The position numbers and the translations under genes were made by a program. Below the pieces are notes generated by a model that did no database searches, had not been told where the DNA came from, and saw only the letters and a program-made list of their open reading frames with translations. DNA of 64,000 bases, taken from IMG/VR virus record IMGVR_UViG_3300042894_006198, positions 94,311-158,310 of that record. One strand, written 5' to 3'. Positions 50,481 to 61,826 of this stretch are shown in pieces. The DNA is from a virus. Each line of letters opens with the position of its first letter. Position 1 is the first letter of the stretch.

Positions 50481-51080
50481 ATGAGTCTTGTCCCCATAGT
50501 AGTAGAGCAAACAAGTCGTGGCGAACGTAGCTATGACATTTATAGCAGATTGTTACGTGATCGAGTAGTTATTCTTAATGGCGAAGTAAATCATGTTACT
50601 GCCAACCTCATTGTTGCACAGTTGCTATTTTTAGAAAGTGAAGATAGTGATAAAGATATTAGTTTTTACATCAACAGCCCAGGCGGTTCCGTCACCGATG
50701 GCATGAGTATTTACGATACTATGCAATTTATTAAACCTGATGTATCTACTATCGTCATGGGTCAAGCTTGTAGTATGGGTTCTTTTTTAGCCCAAGCAGG
50801 TGCTTCAGGTAAAAGATATATCTTGCCTCATGCTAGACATATGATTCATCAACCAAGTGGTGGCGCACGTGGTATGGCAAGTGATATGGAAATTTCATTG
50901 AAAGAAATTTTAAAAATTAAACACTTGCTTACTGAACTTTATGTCAAACATAATACTGCCAATAAAACATATAATGATTTTAAAAACGATATGGATCGTG
51001 ACAAGTATATGTCTGCTGAAGAAGCAGTAGCGTATGGTTTAGCTGATAAAGTTATTTCTAAACGAGAACAAAATGTCTAA
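50481..51080 (+). CDS. clpP: ATP-dependent Clp protease proteolytic subunit
   Basis: [23 protein letters not shown] (Ser), MIHQP (His) and DRD (Asp). Confidence 0.96.
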   Translation: MSLVPIVVEQTSRGERSYDIYSRLLRDRVVILNGEVNHVTANLIVAQLLFLESEDSDKDISFYINSPGGSVTDGMSIYDTMQFIKPDVSTIVMGQACSMGSFLAQAGASGKRYILPHARHMIHQPSGGARGMASDMEISLKEILKIKHLLTELYVKHNTANKTYNDFKNDMDRDKYMSAEEAVAYGLADKVISKREQNV

Positions 51081-52131
51081 TACGCTTACATCAAGTGTTA
51101 TTGTAGATGATATGGTGAAAGCAGTAAGCACTGCTTTTGATTATGAATTTACAGGCATATCTACTTTTACTGTGCCACAATTTGAATTGCCAAGTGATTA
51201 TCAAATTGGGTTGATTGTCGGTCCAAGCGGTAGCGGAAAATCAAGCATACTGAAAACAATTGGACAAATTGATACACCACAATGGGATGAAAACAAAGCC
51301 ATTTGTAGTCATTTTAGTAGACTTGATGAATTACATGCAGTTGGTTTAAATAGTATTCCTACATTATGTAGACCGTATCATGTGTGCAGCAATGGTGAAC
51401 AGCATCGTGCTGATATGGCAAGACAACTTAAAAGCGGTGCTGTTATTGATGAATTTACTAGTGTGGTTGATCGTAATGTAGCAAAAAGTTTAAGCAACGC
51501 AATAAACCGCTATATTAGAGAAGAAGGTTTACAACATGTAACTTTTGCAACATGTCATTATGATATTGTTGAGTGGCTTCGTCCTGATTGGGTATTTGAT
51601 ACCGCAACGGGCGAACTCACAAGGGGGTTACTTCGGCAACGTCCAACAATCACTATGGAAATCATACCTGCTGACCGTAGATTGTGGACAGCCTTCGCTC
51701 CGCATCACTATTTAAGTGGTAGCATGAACAAATCATCTAAATGTTGGGCAGCAGTATGGAATGATGTTATAATAGGTTTTGGTGCAGTATTGCCACAGCC
51801 AAGTGGTACACTAAAAAATGCGTACCGTGGTCATCGTACAGTAATCTTACCTGACTTTCAAGGATTAGGAATTGGTGTGAGATTTAGTGATGCAATAGCT
51901 AAAATGCATGTTGACCAAGGTAAACGTTACTTTAGTAAAACAGCTAATCCAAGAATGGGTGGATATAGAGACAACTCTCCTCTATGGAAACCAACAAGCA
52001 AGAATAGAATGAAACGAAAAGATTATTTGTTAAGTGGTACACAGCATGATAATCAAATGCTTTCCGTTGAATCCTTACTTGCACATGCTAATAGAGAGTG
52101 TTGGTCACATGAATATATAGGAGAAAAATGA
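51073..52131 (+). CDS. ABC-type ATPase fused to a GNAT acetyltransferase
   Basis: [21 protein letters not shown] and TCH, then HHYL and [10 protein letters not shown]. Confidence 0.8.
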   Translation: MSNTLTSSVIVDDMVKAVSTAFDYEFTGISTFTVPQFELPSDYQIGLIVGPSGSGKSSILKTIGQIDTPQWDENKAICSHFSRLDELHAVGLNSIPTLCRPYHVCSNGEQHRADMARQLKSGAVIDEFTSVVDRNVAKSLSNAINRYIREEGLQHVTFATCHYDIVEWLRPDWVFDTATGELTRGLLRQRPTITMEIIPADRRLWTAFAPHHYLSGSMNKSSKCWAAVWNDVIIGFGAVLPQPSGTLKNAYRGHRTVILPDFQGLGIGVRFSDAIAKMHVDQGKRYFSKTANPRMGGYRDNSPLWKPTSKNRMKRKDYLLSGTQHDNQMLSVESLLAHANRECWSHEYIGEK

Positions 52132-52670
52132 TGACTATGCAACTAGAAGATGATCAATTAGAGCGACTTGAAAAATTACTTCAACATGTTGTTGATGACA
52201 TGTTTTTCCCTAATGATTACCATGGTTGGGAACGTGGTACAGACTACAGCGATACTCCAGGCATTAAATGCATCTTTGAACAATACGGTGATTTAGAAAC
52301 TGAAGATGAAAATGGGGAATATGTTTATGAAGAAGGTGGAAATAAAGATATGCGTTGTTATGCAATTTTTATCCACAAAGATAGCAAAGAAGGTGAATTT
52401 CCTGAGCATGAAACTGCTTGGAATTTAATTAGGCATCGTCCAAAAGAAGAAGTTTGTATCTTTGCTTGGCATGATGTACAAAATGCATCGTGGGAATTTG
52501 TCAATACTTATGATTTAGATAGTGAAATGGGCGAAGATGTTCTAATGGATGTAGTAGATTATATTTTAGAAGAGTATTACCCTGATTATAATGAAGATGA
52601 AGATGACACTGTACAAGAACCTGCTGCACATGACCCCAATTCATGGCCTTTTGGAACAGTCAAAAAATAA
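52128..52670 (+). CDS. Acidic hypothetical protein
   Basis: ATGA-coupled ORF. Confidence 0.6.
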   Translation: MMTMQLEDDQLERLEKLLQHVVDDMFFPNDYHGWERGTDYSDTPGIKCIFEQYGDLETEDENGEYVYEEGGNKDMRCYAIFIHKDSKEGEFPEHETAWNLIRHRPKEEVCIFAWHDVQNASWEFVNTYDLDSEMGEDVLMDVVDYILEEYYPDYNEDEDDTVQEPAAHDPNSWPFGTVKK

Positions 52671-53707
52671 AATGATGAATCAAAAAGTTTACAATAAACT
52701 AAAAAAGTTTATTGAGCTATATGGTTTGCCAAAAGAAATTGGTGTATCAGGATGGATTTCTGAAACATCACAATGGACATATAACAATCAAGTAATAGGT
52801 TCTTCAACAGAAGAATCTAAAGGTTGGATTTTTGTAAATCCTAATACTACTTCGTTAAACCAATTACAATATAAAAATTATTGGGATATAGATTCTGTGT
52901 GTGGCATAGTAGAATCTATATGTCTTAATAATACGATGGATAAAGATCTACTTTTTATAGTCAATGACCGTGAATTTATTATTGATTTAAATAATGAAGA
53001 TGCAGATGGCAAAGGTTGGGATTGGTTATGTGATACAGAAGATCTAGAAACTATTGTTAGAAAATTAAAAGGTTTTCCTATACATCCCGACGAGGATGGT
53101 TATGATGATTTTGATTTAGATCCTATGGATTTTTTGTGGTCTGAGTGCGAAGAAGATATTGTTGAAGTGTCTTATTCTTTACCCTATCATACTTGTTTTC
53201 TAACATGGGAAAATGGTGCATCCATACAAGTTGAAGAACGTAAAGCTAAATTACATATTAAAAAAATAGAAGCACCACTTAAAAAGCATTACGTTTTTAT
53301 TAGTTTACCCAATAGAGAATATTTTGATGATATTGAGGAGTGGTGTAAATCTAACAATTTAGAGTATGAACTTTTATGTAAACCTGAAACTTTTGGTACA
53401 GTAGGATTTGGTTTTGTTGATGAGGAAAAAGCAACACTCTTTAGTTTGAAGTGGATGACCTAAGTATACCTTGACTTTTGGTAAATAGTTATGTATATTC
53501 TATGTACCAAATTAATAAATCAGGTATTACTTATATGCACAATGCTAAAATTGTTGTTTATAATCGAGATCATATACATGAAATTTTAAATTGGTTAAAA
53601 CAATACTGCAAAGGTCAATATACTTGGAAACAAGGACATAAAATAAATGAACGTGTTGTATCTTTCCAACACGAATGTGATCTAGTGAATTTTACCCTAT
53701 ATTGGGT

Positions 53708-53736
53708 TTGACAATTCATAACACTTATCGTATACT
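53708..53736 (+). promoter_or_regulatory. sigma70-type early promoter
   Basis: TTGACA-17-TATACT. Confidence 0.8.
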
Positions 53737-53977
53737 GACCTTGTCATAACACAGGAGGTTGTATGGGTTACAAAATTCTTCCCGCAATTCCCGCTCGTTA
53801 CACTAAACTAAAAGGTCTTGAAGGACCTTTTCTTTACGAAACAGGTAAAGTGTTGTATTATGATCCTATTGTAGGTCAATACTATGATCGTGATACAGAC
53901 TTGTACCTTGAACAAGAAGAAGCTGACTTTCACGTTTTTTATGGTGTACGTAATACTTTGTCTATATTGAGCGCATA

Positions 53978-55840
53978 ATGCTACCACCTATCAACTCTTA
54001 TGCATACGTTATTGCACCTCTTGAATGGACACCACGAGGTGTAAAAGGTTTGATTGATGATCTCGCTAAAACACCTTTTGACATGGTGATATTTGGCAAC
54101 ATTTTTAACCTTGCACCAAACATAATTCATTCTGCTGAGCAACCATTAGCAGATAAAATTATTATAGGTTATCTTGACATAGCTGCTAGTACAGCACTTG
54201 TAACGAACAAATATGTTGGTGCAAAAACCTTAGATCAAATACCAAGTTATTTTGGCAAACCTCAATCAGGTTTTATTAAACCAAATCCTGTACAAAATTT
54301 GTACACTGTAAAGTATTGGGTTCCTGAATGGTTTGATATTATTAAAAAGCAAATTGATGATCAAATTGCTGCAGGTTATGATGGGTTATTTTTGGATGAA
54401 GTAACAGGAGACAGTCATTGGTATAGTACTAACAGAGCAGGTAATGAATACTACCCTAATGCCACGTACGAAATGGCAAATCTTATTAGAAAAATTCATA
54501 GCTATATTAGTTCCAAAAATTTATCTAAACCGTTTTATTTGATTGGTAACAACACTGACCGTATTTTTGGTCAACATCCTGACCTAGTCAAATTGTTTGA
54601 TCAATCAATGCGTGAAAGTATACATTATAACCAATCTGCACAAAATGGGGCAGTATCAGTTGCTGATCCAAACTCAACTAATGTTTTTAACTATATTAAA
54701 CGAACATATGGTGAACAAAACATTCTAGTCAATGACTACCCACCGTTAAGTTCCGTTGATACTATAGTTCCTATACTTAAAAAATATAACATTGAAGGAT
54801 GGGTACCAAGCTTACAAAAAGCTTTCCAAGATACAAACTTATTGCTGACAGGACCGTTTATCATTCAAGCAAACAATGTTGAACCCGTAGTAAGTGGTGC
54901 TAATTTTGCTACCAATTACTTATTAAGTGGCGAATATGGCGGATCTACCCTTAATGGTGGTGATACTACTAACTATTATGTATTAACTAATCAGTCCACT
55001 GTAAATGGTGGTAATAGTCAAGATACTATATATGTATGGAATACAAAACCTACAATTTCCAACAATGTTATTAATGGTAACGGCGGATTAGACAAAGTAA
55101 TTTATGAAACTGTATTCTCTAATGTATTATTTAAGCTAGAAAAAGGTGGAGTGGTTTCTTTAAAATCAGATGTACTACGATTAAATGATACCTTAAGTGA
55201 GATTGAAACTATACAATTTACTGATAAAAAGATTAATTTAAAGTCTTTAGCACATGAATCATATAGTGACATTCCTGAAATGTTGTATCAAATGTTAGTA
55301 TCAGTGTTTGATATTGCGCCTGGGGTGGTGTATATGAATGAATTGGCTAGTGCATATCGTTGGTGGTCAAAAACGTTAACACCAAAAGAAACTATTGAGA
55401 AAATAGTTGAAGTATTAAGTACTAAACCATTTTTTACTAATGTATATCCAAGTAATATGACAGACAGGACATTTGCTTTTAGGTTGATTTATGACTTTAT
55501 AGAAAATTCAGTAAGCACTGACGTGCGTGATGCAGTAATAGCAGATGTGGAAGCAGCATTAAAAGTGGGTTGGTCTAGAGCAAAAATTATCTCACAGGTA
55601 ATTTACAATATTTCTCAAATGTCAACTGATCATTCTGTATTTGGTAGTACAGTAAAATTAATTCAAAATGAAACTAAAGTGGCAAAATGCTATACTGAGT
55701 ATTTTGACCAAAGTACTACCAATTTTAATATATTGGGTGGTCTTATGGACATTGTAAATCATCAAACTAAGGTTGATACTGAAGAAGATTTGATACAGTT
55801 TGTAGGTACTTTTATACTTAACATTGATGGGGGGTTATAA
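53978..55840 (+). CDS. GH114/PelA-like glycoside hydrolase domain + Gly-rich RTX-like repeats + helical S-layer-like domain
   Basis: IIIGYLDI, VKYWVPEW, GYDGLFLDEV and IGNN, then NGGxxxD repeats and IETIQFTD. Confidence 0.55.
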   Translation: MLPPINSYAYVIAPLEWTPRGVKGLIDDLAKTPFDMVIFGNIFNLAPNIIHSAEQPLADKIIIGYLDIAASTALVTNKYVGAKTLDQIPSYFGKPQSGFIKPNPVQNLYTVKYWVPEWFDIIKKQIDDQIAAGYDGLFLDEVTGDSHWYSTNRAGNEYYPNATYEMANLIRKIHSYISSKNLSKPFYLIGNNTDRIFGQHPDLVKLFDQSMRESIHYNQSAQNGAVSVADPNSTNVFNYIKRTYGEQNILVNDYPPLSSVDTIVPILKKYNIEGWVPSLQKAFQDTNLLLTGPFIIQANNVEPVVSGANFATNYLLSGEYGGSTLNGGDTTNYYVLTNQSTVNGGNSQDTIYVWNTKPTISNNVINGNGGLDKVIYETVFSNVLFKLEKGGVVSLKSDVLRLNDTLSEIETIQFTDKKINLKSLAHESYSDIPEMLYQMLVSVFDIAPGVVYMNELASAYRWWSKTLTPKETIEKIVEVLSTKPFFTNVYPSNMTDRTFAFRLIYDFIENSVSTDVRDAVIADVEAALKVGWSRAKIISQVIYNISQMSTDHSVFGSTVKLIQNETKVAKCYTEYFDQSTTNFNILGGLMDIVNHQTKVDTEEDLIQFVGTFILNIDGGL

Positions 55841-56440
55841 TATGGTAAGAGGTTTTTTCCTTGCATTTGGCTTTATTTTTGGAAATATTGCAGGTACAAT
55901 GTACAAAGATCAAAAATTTATGTTAGAATGTGATGTAGCGCAAAGTGTTGCTATACGCAGTAATGTTTATGAATGTAAGAAAACCCGTTTGAAAAATGAA
56001 GTTTAAACGTTTTAATTCGGAGCACATTATGGGATTAGATCAGTACGCATATGTAGCTGCACAAGCAGGTGATTATGATTCATACTTTGAAAACAATAAC
56101 GTGGGTAAACCACGGGAATTAGCCTATTGGCGTAAACACCCTAATTTGCAAGGTTGGATGGAGCAGCTTTGGTTAAAAAAGGGTGGAACACCTGATGAAA
56201 ATTTTACAAGTTCATGGGGTTCAAGTTTTAATGGTATTGAACTTGAATTAACTTGGGAAGATTTAAATCAGTTAGAAAAAGATATTTTAAACAACGCTGT
56301 AGCATCCTTAAATACAGAGGGATTTTTCTTTGGTAGTCCAAAGGACGCTTACTATAGAAATCAAGACTTACAGTTTATAGCTGACGCTAAAGCTGAACTT
56401 ATACTAGGGTTAAAAGTATTTTACAATTCAAGTTGGTGAT

Positions 56441-57031
56441 ATGTTTAAAGATTATATGATTATAGATAATGCACTAGATGATCCCGATGAGCTAGTTTCA
56501 TTAGCAAAAAGAATAAAGTTTCACTCATCAAAAGATATGCCATGCAAAAATATAAATCTTTATGAAGATCATGAATATAATGAAAGATATGTTTCAGGTA
56601 ATTGGCGTGGTTTTAGATCTAATCCACTATGGTTAACACACGAACAACTTAACAATAATATATTGAAGCAACTGTTTAGTAAAATGTTTGTTAATGATCA
56701 AATTACTATTAAGTGGGATATAACTACACATTTGCACTATTTTCCTACAGGGTTGCCTGATGGTGAATTTTGGTGGCATCCTGATGGAGGGTGTTTTTGG
56801 GCAGGTGTACTATATTTAAACAAGAAACCAAAAAAAGATAGTGGCACTATGATAAGAATGCCTGATGGTACTGAAACTATAATTGATAATGTTTACAATC
56901 GATTTATTGTGTACAATTCTAAGTTACTACATCGTCCACAAGCAGGGTTTGGTACTAATACAAACAACTCACGTTTAACTTTAACGGTATTCTTTTATCG
57001 TTTAGATATTCAATCTATCGAAAATAATTGA
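56441..57031 (+). CDS. 2OG-Fe(II) oxygenase-like protein
   Basis: IIDN, WHPD, AGVLYL, SGT, NVYNR, LHRP and SRLT. Confidence 0.75.
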   Translation: MFKDYMIIDNALDDPDELVSLAKRIKFHSSKDMPCKNINLYEDHEYNERYVSGNWRGFRSNPLWLTHEQLNNNILKQLFSKMFVNDQITIKWDITTHLHYFPTGLPDGEFWWHPDGGCFWAGVLYLNKKPKKDSGTMIRMPDGTETIIDNVYNRFIVYNSKLLHRPQAGFGTNTNNSRLTLTVFFYRLDIQSIENN

Positions 57032-57752
57032 TTGTATAAAAAATAATGATAGCATACTCATACGGTATTCGGCTTGAAGCCGAATTCGATATTAATGATA
57101 GTCATAGTAAAAAAACAGGGTTAGAATTTAGTTACACTTATTATTGCGAGTTATGTAAAAAGCACCGTAACAAAATTTTAACTGATGATGAATATTATGA
57201 TTGGGAAATACTAATGTACAAGTACGATTTAAATAGAAAGCATTTTTAATAAAGGAATTTTATGCAAAATATGGATAACTCTCTGACACCACGTCAGAAA
57301 AAAGCAAATGATCTATTGTCATTTGCTGAAGAAAGTGGTTTTGATATTGTAGTACGTGATCAAATTACAGGCGATGTATTTAAAAAAACTCGTAAAATTG
57401 ACTATCAACCTATTAACCAACATGGAAAAGAAATTAGCGGAGGATATAAGTCAGGTAATCCTTTATTAAGTCGCAATGAAAGGCGAAATTATGCTAGTCA
57501 AAAAATAGTTGAAGCACTAAAGAAAAAAGAATCAGGTGTGGTACAAATACCACTCGGTCCGTATACAGGTAGGCAGTTACAAGCATCAGTTTCTTCTTGG
57601 GTTTTGACTGATAGTAAGAAAAATAACTATAAAGCAAGCACACATATTAATAAACTTGAGCAAACGCTTGATGTAACGCTTATTTTCCCAACAAAAAATA
57701 CATCACCTCAAGATGAATTATCTTTTGATTAATCAATAACACAACAAAGTAG

Positions 57753-57781
57753 TTGACAAATTTATCTAAATTGACTATACT
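57753..57781 (+). promoter_or_regulatory. sigma70-type early promoter
   Basis: TTGACA-17-TATACT. Confidence 0.8.
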
Positions 57782-57810
57782 ATGTCTATAGTGCTTAAAA
57801 GGAGATAGAA

Positions 57811-58089
57811 ATGAAGACTACTTTGACTGACACAATTTACACGGATCCAGGACACGGATGGGTTAAAGTTCCACTCGCACGTTTAAGCAAGCTTGGAATA
57901 TTAAATAAAATTACTTCTTATAGTTATATTCGTAACAAACACGCTTATTTAGAAGAAGATTGTGATTTTACTACTTATGTAAATGCCCTTAAAGCAATAG
58001 GGATTACTCCTAAGTTTAAAGAAGTGCATACAAACAAATATAGCAAAATTCGTAGCTATTGTCACTTTCCATCGAATTATACAAAATAA
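57811..58089 (+). CDS. Early hypothetical protein
   Basis: DPGHGW...YLEEDCD, with its own promoter and SD. Confidence 0.65.
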   Translation: MKTTLTDTIYTDPGHGWVKVPLARLSKLGILNKITSYSYIRNKHAYLEEDCDFTTYVNALKAIGITPKFKEVHTNKYSKIRSYCHFPSNYTK

Positions 58090-58430
58090 TGGTGAGGATT
58101 TTATGAAAAATTTTCTGTTTGGTACTGTTTTCGGAATTATTGTTGCTACGGTTGGTTTTAGTGGTGTAGCTAGATTGCTAGACAATAGTGTAGAAAAAGT
58201 AAAAGAAACTGTACAGGAGCAAGCTTACAGATGAAAATTTTAAACTCCACATGGTTTACCAATAAAGATGCATGTATTGGTGTTGTCAAGGTTGATGTAC
58301 CGTATGAAGGTGTAAAATATTACATTGGTTTGGGGTTTGGTGAAAACAAAACGGCTGATGAACAATATATTGCAGATTGGGGTTCATCATTTCCAAATGA
58401 AGCGGCTGAGAGGTTATTTTAATTAAACAC

Positions 58431-58459
58431 TTGACAAGTTTATCCTAATTTGCTAAACT
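58431..58459 (+). promoter_or_regulatory. sigma70-type early promoter
   Basis: TTGACA-17-TAAACT. Confidence 0.7.
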
Positions 58460-59159
58460 ACTCCTATAGTCAATAAGGAGATGTAAATGAATATGCCAAT
58501 AGGTTTTGCAAACAACACAGCAACATGGTATGAAATGAGTCCTGCTGAACGTGCAGAATTATGTGGTATAACTGAGACAGACTATAAAAACTACTTGCAT
58601 GATATGGAAGTACGTTATACAATTATTGATGCAGCACTTACACAATCCACACAGGAGTTGGAAAATGCATAAAGTAATCAAGAAAGAAAAGCTTCATAAT
58701 CGTTCAATGAAGAATAAAGACCGTATCTCTTATCGTTTAGACTTTATTCATCAAGATGGTACACGGTTTGCTTTTAGTAATATTTCAACCATTGGTGATG
58801 TGCTCAATATTCAAAATGTGGATCATCGTGATACCATCATCAATGCTCTACAAGAGATTGCACTGTCTGACCCTACAGCGGTTGGGATAGTAACAGATGC
58901 ACCACGTTGGGTTAGTCACAAGATTTACCCACATTCGTTGCATGTTCAGGTTAACCTACTTGATTTGGAAGAAGCATGAGTAATAGTACAGAGCAATTAG
59001 TTAGAGTAAGCTTGGGTGATTCTGATTACAGTTTGTTAGAAAGTATGGGATATTTAAATAATTTTAAGATTCGCTCATTAACCCAAGAACAGCTAAATTA
59101 TTATATGAGAAATAATGATATCAATTCGTTTGATATTATGGTAGATACAATTACAGGAA

Positions 59160-60005
59160 ATGAAAGTGAAGATAGGTTTAATTAGTGATGCACATTTAGA
59201 GTTTGGTGATTTATCCTTTGATAATGATCAAAACGCAGACGTATTGATATTAGCAGGAGATATTCTTGTTGCTAAAGATTTAAAAGATTTTGCACGTGAT
59301 GATGCAGTGATTCCACTACAACAATGGTCTAATCGTTATCAGCGTGTTCTAGCATATCGTAAATTTTTAGAAGAATGCAGTGCTAAATTTAAACATGTGC
59401 TATGGGTAGCAGGTAACCATGAGTTTTATCATGGTAAATGGTTTGAAACCCTTGACATACTCAAGCATGAAGCAGAATATTTTCCAAATATTACTTTTAT
59501 GGAAAATTCTACTGTTGATATTGATGGGTATAAGTTTATTGGTGCATCCATGTGGACTGATGCTAATAAACAAGATCCACTTACCAAAATTCACGTAGAA
59601 GCTGTATTAAATGATTACCGCATCATTAAAAATGAAAATGCGGGATATCGTAGGTTAAGTATATCTGATTCGTTACAACGTCATTTAGCAAGTATGAGGT
59701 ATTTTAGTGAGCAGTGGGACAAATTTAAACATGATAAAGTAATCATGGTAACACACCATGCTCCTACTTTTCAGTCAATTAGTCCTGATTATGTTGGTGA
59801 AACCTTAACAAATGGAGGATATGCTAGCGATTTATCCAATGAAATTTTAAACAATCCACAAATTAAATTGTGGGTGCATGGACATGTTCATGCTAAGAAT
59901 GATTACATAGTGGGAAATTGCCGTGTAGTTTCAAACCCACGTGGCTATATTGGTCACGAGGTAATTGCTGAGCAATGGCAACTTCAGTATTACGAAGTTA
60001 TCTAA
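59160..60005 (+). CDS. Calcineurin-like metallophosphoesterase
   Basis: SDAH, AGD, GNHE, THH and HGHVH motifs are all intact. Confidence 0.92.
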   Translation: MKVKIGLISDAHLEFGDLSFDNDQNADVLILAGDILVAKDLKDFARDDAVIPLQQWSNRYQRVLAYRKFLEECSAKFKHVLWVAGNHEFYHGKWFETLDILKHEAEYFPNITFMENSTVDIDGYKFIGASMWTDANKQDPLTKIHVEAVLNDYRIIKNENAGYRRLSISDSLQRHLASMRYFSEQWDKFKHDKVIMVTHHAPTFQSISPDYVGETLTNGGYASDLSNEILNNPQIKLWVHGHVHAKNDYIVGNCRVVSNPRGYIGHEVIAEQWQLQYYEVI

Positions 60006-60084
60006 ATTGCTTGACAACTAGGCCGAAAGCAGTTATTATACACACACGTTGACAAACAACGATTTTTTAAAAGGAAATTTAAAT

Positions 60085-60309
60085 ATGAAAACTACAGTTA
60101 AAGCTTCAAAACCCGTTCTTTCTAAAACCGCTCGCTTGGGTGAGCAGCTTCGTGCAGGTAAGACCTTTACCGCAGCACAAATCAAGCAACGTTTTGGATT
60201 GGCAAATCCACGTGCTAGCGTCAGCGATGTTCGTCGTGGTGGTCTTAAAGTCTACGCAATTCAGCGTAGCGGACGTGCTACTGTTTACTCAACTAAAGCA
60301 CCTGTCTAA
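60085..60309 (+). CDS. Small basic winged-helix-like DNA-binding protein
   Basis: Promoter at 60011-60039 and SD AAGGA. Contains FTAAQIKQRFGLANPRASVSDVRRGG. Confidence 0.5.
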   Translation: MKTTVKASKPVLSKTARLGEQLRAGKTFTAAQIKQRFGLANPRASVSDVRRGGLKVYAIQRSGRATVYSTKAPV

Positions 60310-60315
60310 TTAAAT

Positions 60316-60345
60316 GAGGGTGCAACGCCCTCTTATCTCCTTTTG
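60316..60345 (+). terminator. Probable intrinsic terminator
   Basis: GAGGGT-GCAA-C-GCCCTC stem followed by a pyrimidine-rich tract. Confidence 0.55.
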
Positions 60346-60790
60346 ATTATAGTTTTGAACGGATCTATTAAAAAATCCGTTCTTTTCTTTTATAAATACC
60401 AACATGAACGACATAAACCTTATCATACTAACAGTATCTTACGCAGTCTGTTTTTTTATGGGTGCAATTTTTGGTGTACGCATATTACAAAAACGTGTAA
60501 CAGAAATATTGAAAAAAGATCAAAAATCAAGTGTGCAAGACGTAGAACCATCAGAAAAAATTACACGTGTTAGCATGCCAGCCTGTATGATGCGTGTTGA
60601 ACATGTAGATGGACTTATGTTATTCTATAATTGCGAAGATGATAAATTCGTTTGCCAAGGTTCTACGCTTGATGAATCTGCCAAAAATTTTTGTACGAAC
60701 ACTAAAAATGAGTTGGTTGGCATGACTGTTATAAATGGTAAAAAATTTGTATTCCATGATTTTGAATGTTTACCCGTAATAGAGTAAATT

Positions 60791-61321
60791 ATGAAAGTTA
60801 AAATATCAAAATACCTTAAAGCAGGTAGAAAAATTGCGGTGCATATTGAGAATTGTGATATATGGAGTTTAGACACTACCTTAGCGTATATCATTTATCC
60901 TGCTTTGTTAGAATTACGCATGGTTAAACATGGTGTTCCTGCTGACTTTGCTCAGGTTGGTGGTGAAGATTGGCATGATCAAGGCTGCTTTGATTTTTAC
61001 AAAGAAACACACGATTGGGCATTCAATGAAAAGATTAAAGAATGGGACGTAATTCTCGATAAAATGATATGGTCATTTGGGCAATTAATATGGGATAATG
61101 AAGAATCCTTCCATTATGGTAAAGTACCTAGGTTTAAATTTGTTAAAACAGGTCAAACCATGTTAAATCCTATAACCAATCAAGTTGAACAATTAAGTCA
61201 GATGGTTGATCCTGATCCTACTAGTCATTATTTTGACGCAGCAGGATACACATTATATCAAGATCGTATCCAAGAAGGATTAGATTTGTTTGCAAAATAT
61301 TATCGTTCACTATGGGATTAA
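60791..61321 (+). CDS. Hypothetical phage protein
   Basis: DIWSLDTTLA...WDVILDKMIWSF...EGLDLFAKYYRSLWD. Confidence 0.65.
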   Translation: MKVKISKYLKAGRKIAVHIENCDIWSLDTTLAYIIYPALLELRMVKHGVPADFAQVGGEDWHDQGCFDFYKETHDWAFNEKIKEWDVILDKMIWSFGQLIWDNEESFHYGKVPRFKFVKTGQTMLNPITNQVEQLSQMVDPDPTSHYFDAAGYTLYQDRIQEGLDLFAKYYRSLWD

Positions 61322-61322
61322 C

Positions 61323-61826
61323 GTGAAAGAAAAATTTATAAAACTTTATGCAGATATTGCTAAACGAGTATCGGAATTAAGTTATGCTGTACGGTTGAAA
61401 GTTGGTGCGATTATTGTTAAAGATGATCGTATCATCAGTATTGGTTATAATGGTATGCCTAGTGGATGGGACAATGGCTGTGAATATACTGAATTTATGC
61501 CTATCAACGACCCTACAGCAAAATTTCAAGACTATCCTTTTACAGGTAATTTTTGGATTAATGGTCACAGCGTAGAAAGAAGATACAGACTAAAAACCAA
61601 ACCTGAAGTATTGCATGCTGAATCAAATGCTTTGGCAAAATTAGCTAAGTCTAACGAGAGTGGGGATGGTGCTGATTTGTTTATTACACACAGTCCTTGT
61701 ATCGATTGCGCTAAACTAATTTACCAATCAGGTATTCGTCGTGTGTATTTTGGTACACACTATAGGGACGATGCAGGGATAAAATTTCTTGAAAAAAGTG
61801 GAGTAGAAGTTATTTCACATGGATAA
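61323..61826 (+). CDS. dCMP deaminase
   Basis: VGAIIV, GYNG, HAESNA and PCIDC. Probable GTG start. Confidence 0.92.
   Translation: MKEKFIKLYADIAKRVSELSYAVRLKVGAIIVKDDRIISIGYNGMPSGWDNGCEYTEFMPINDPTAKFQDYPFTGNFWINGHSVERRYRLKTKPEVLHAESNALAKLAKSNESGDGADLFITHSPCIDCAKLIYQSGIRRVYFGTHYRDDAGIKFLEKSGVEVISHG

Noticed and set aside
43757-51080. Host chromosomal fragment or misassembly (clpX, rpsU, iscU, guaC, clpS, clpP)
   Set aside because: The genes lack their bacterial operon neighbours, are interleaved with phage ORFs, and share the phage's composition and CCRG avoidance.
1435-57851. CCWGG tolerated because of Dcm-type methylation
   Set aside because: All 19 CCWGG sites I found are in-frame Pro-Gly. 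Real tolerance would also leave CCWGG in other frames. Disfavoured, but not excluded without a computed scan.
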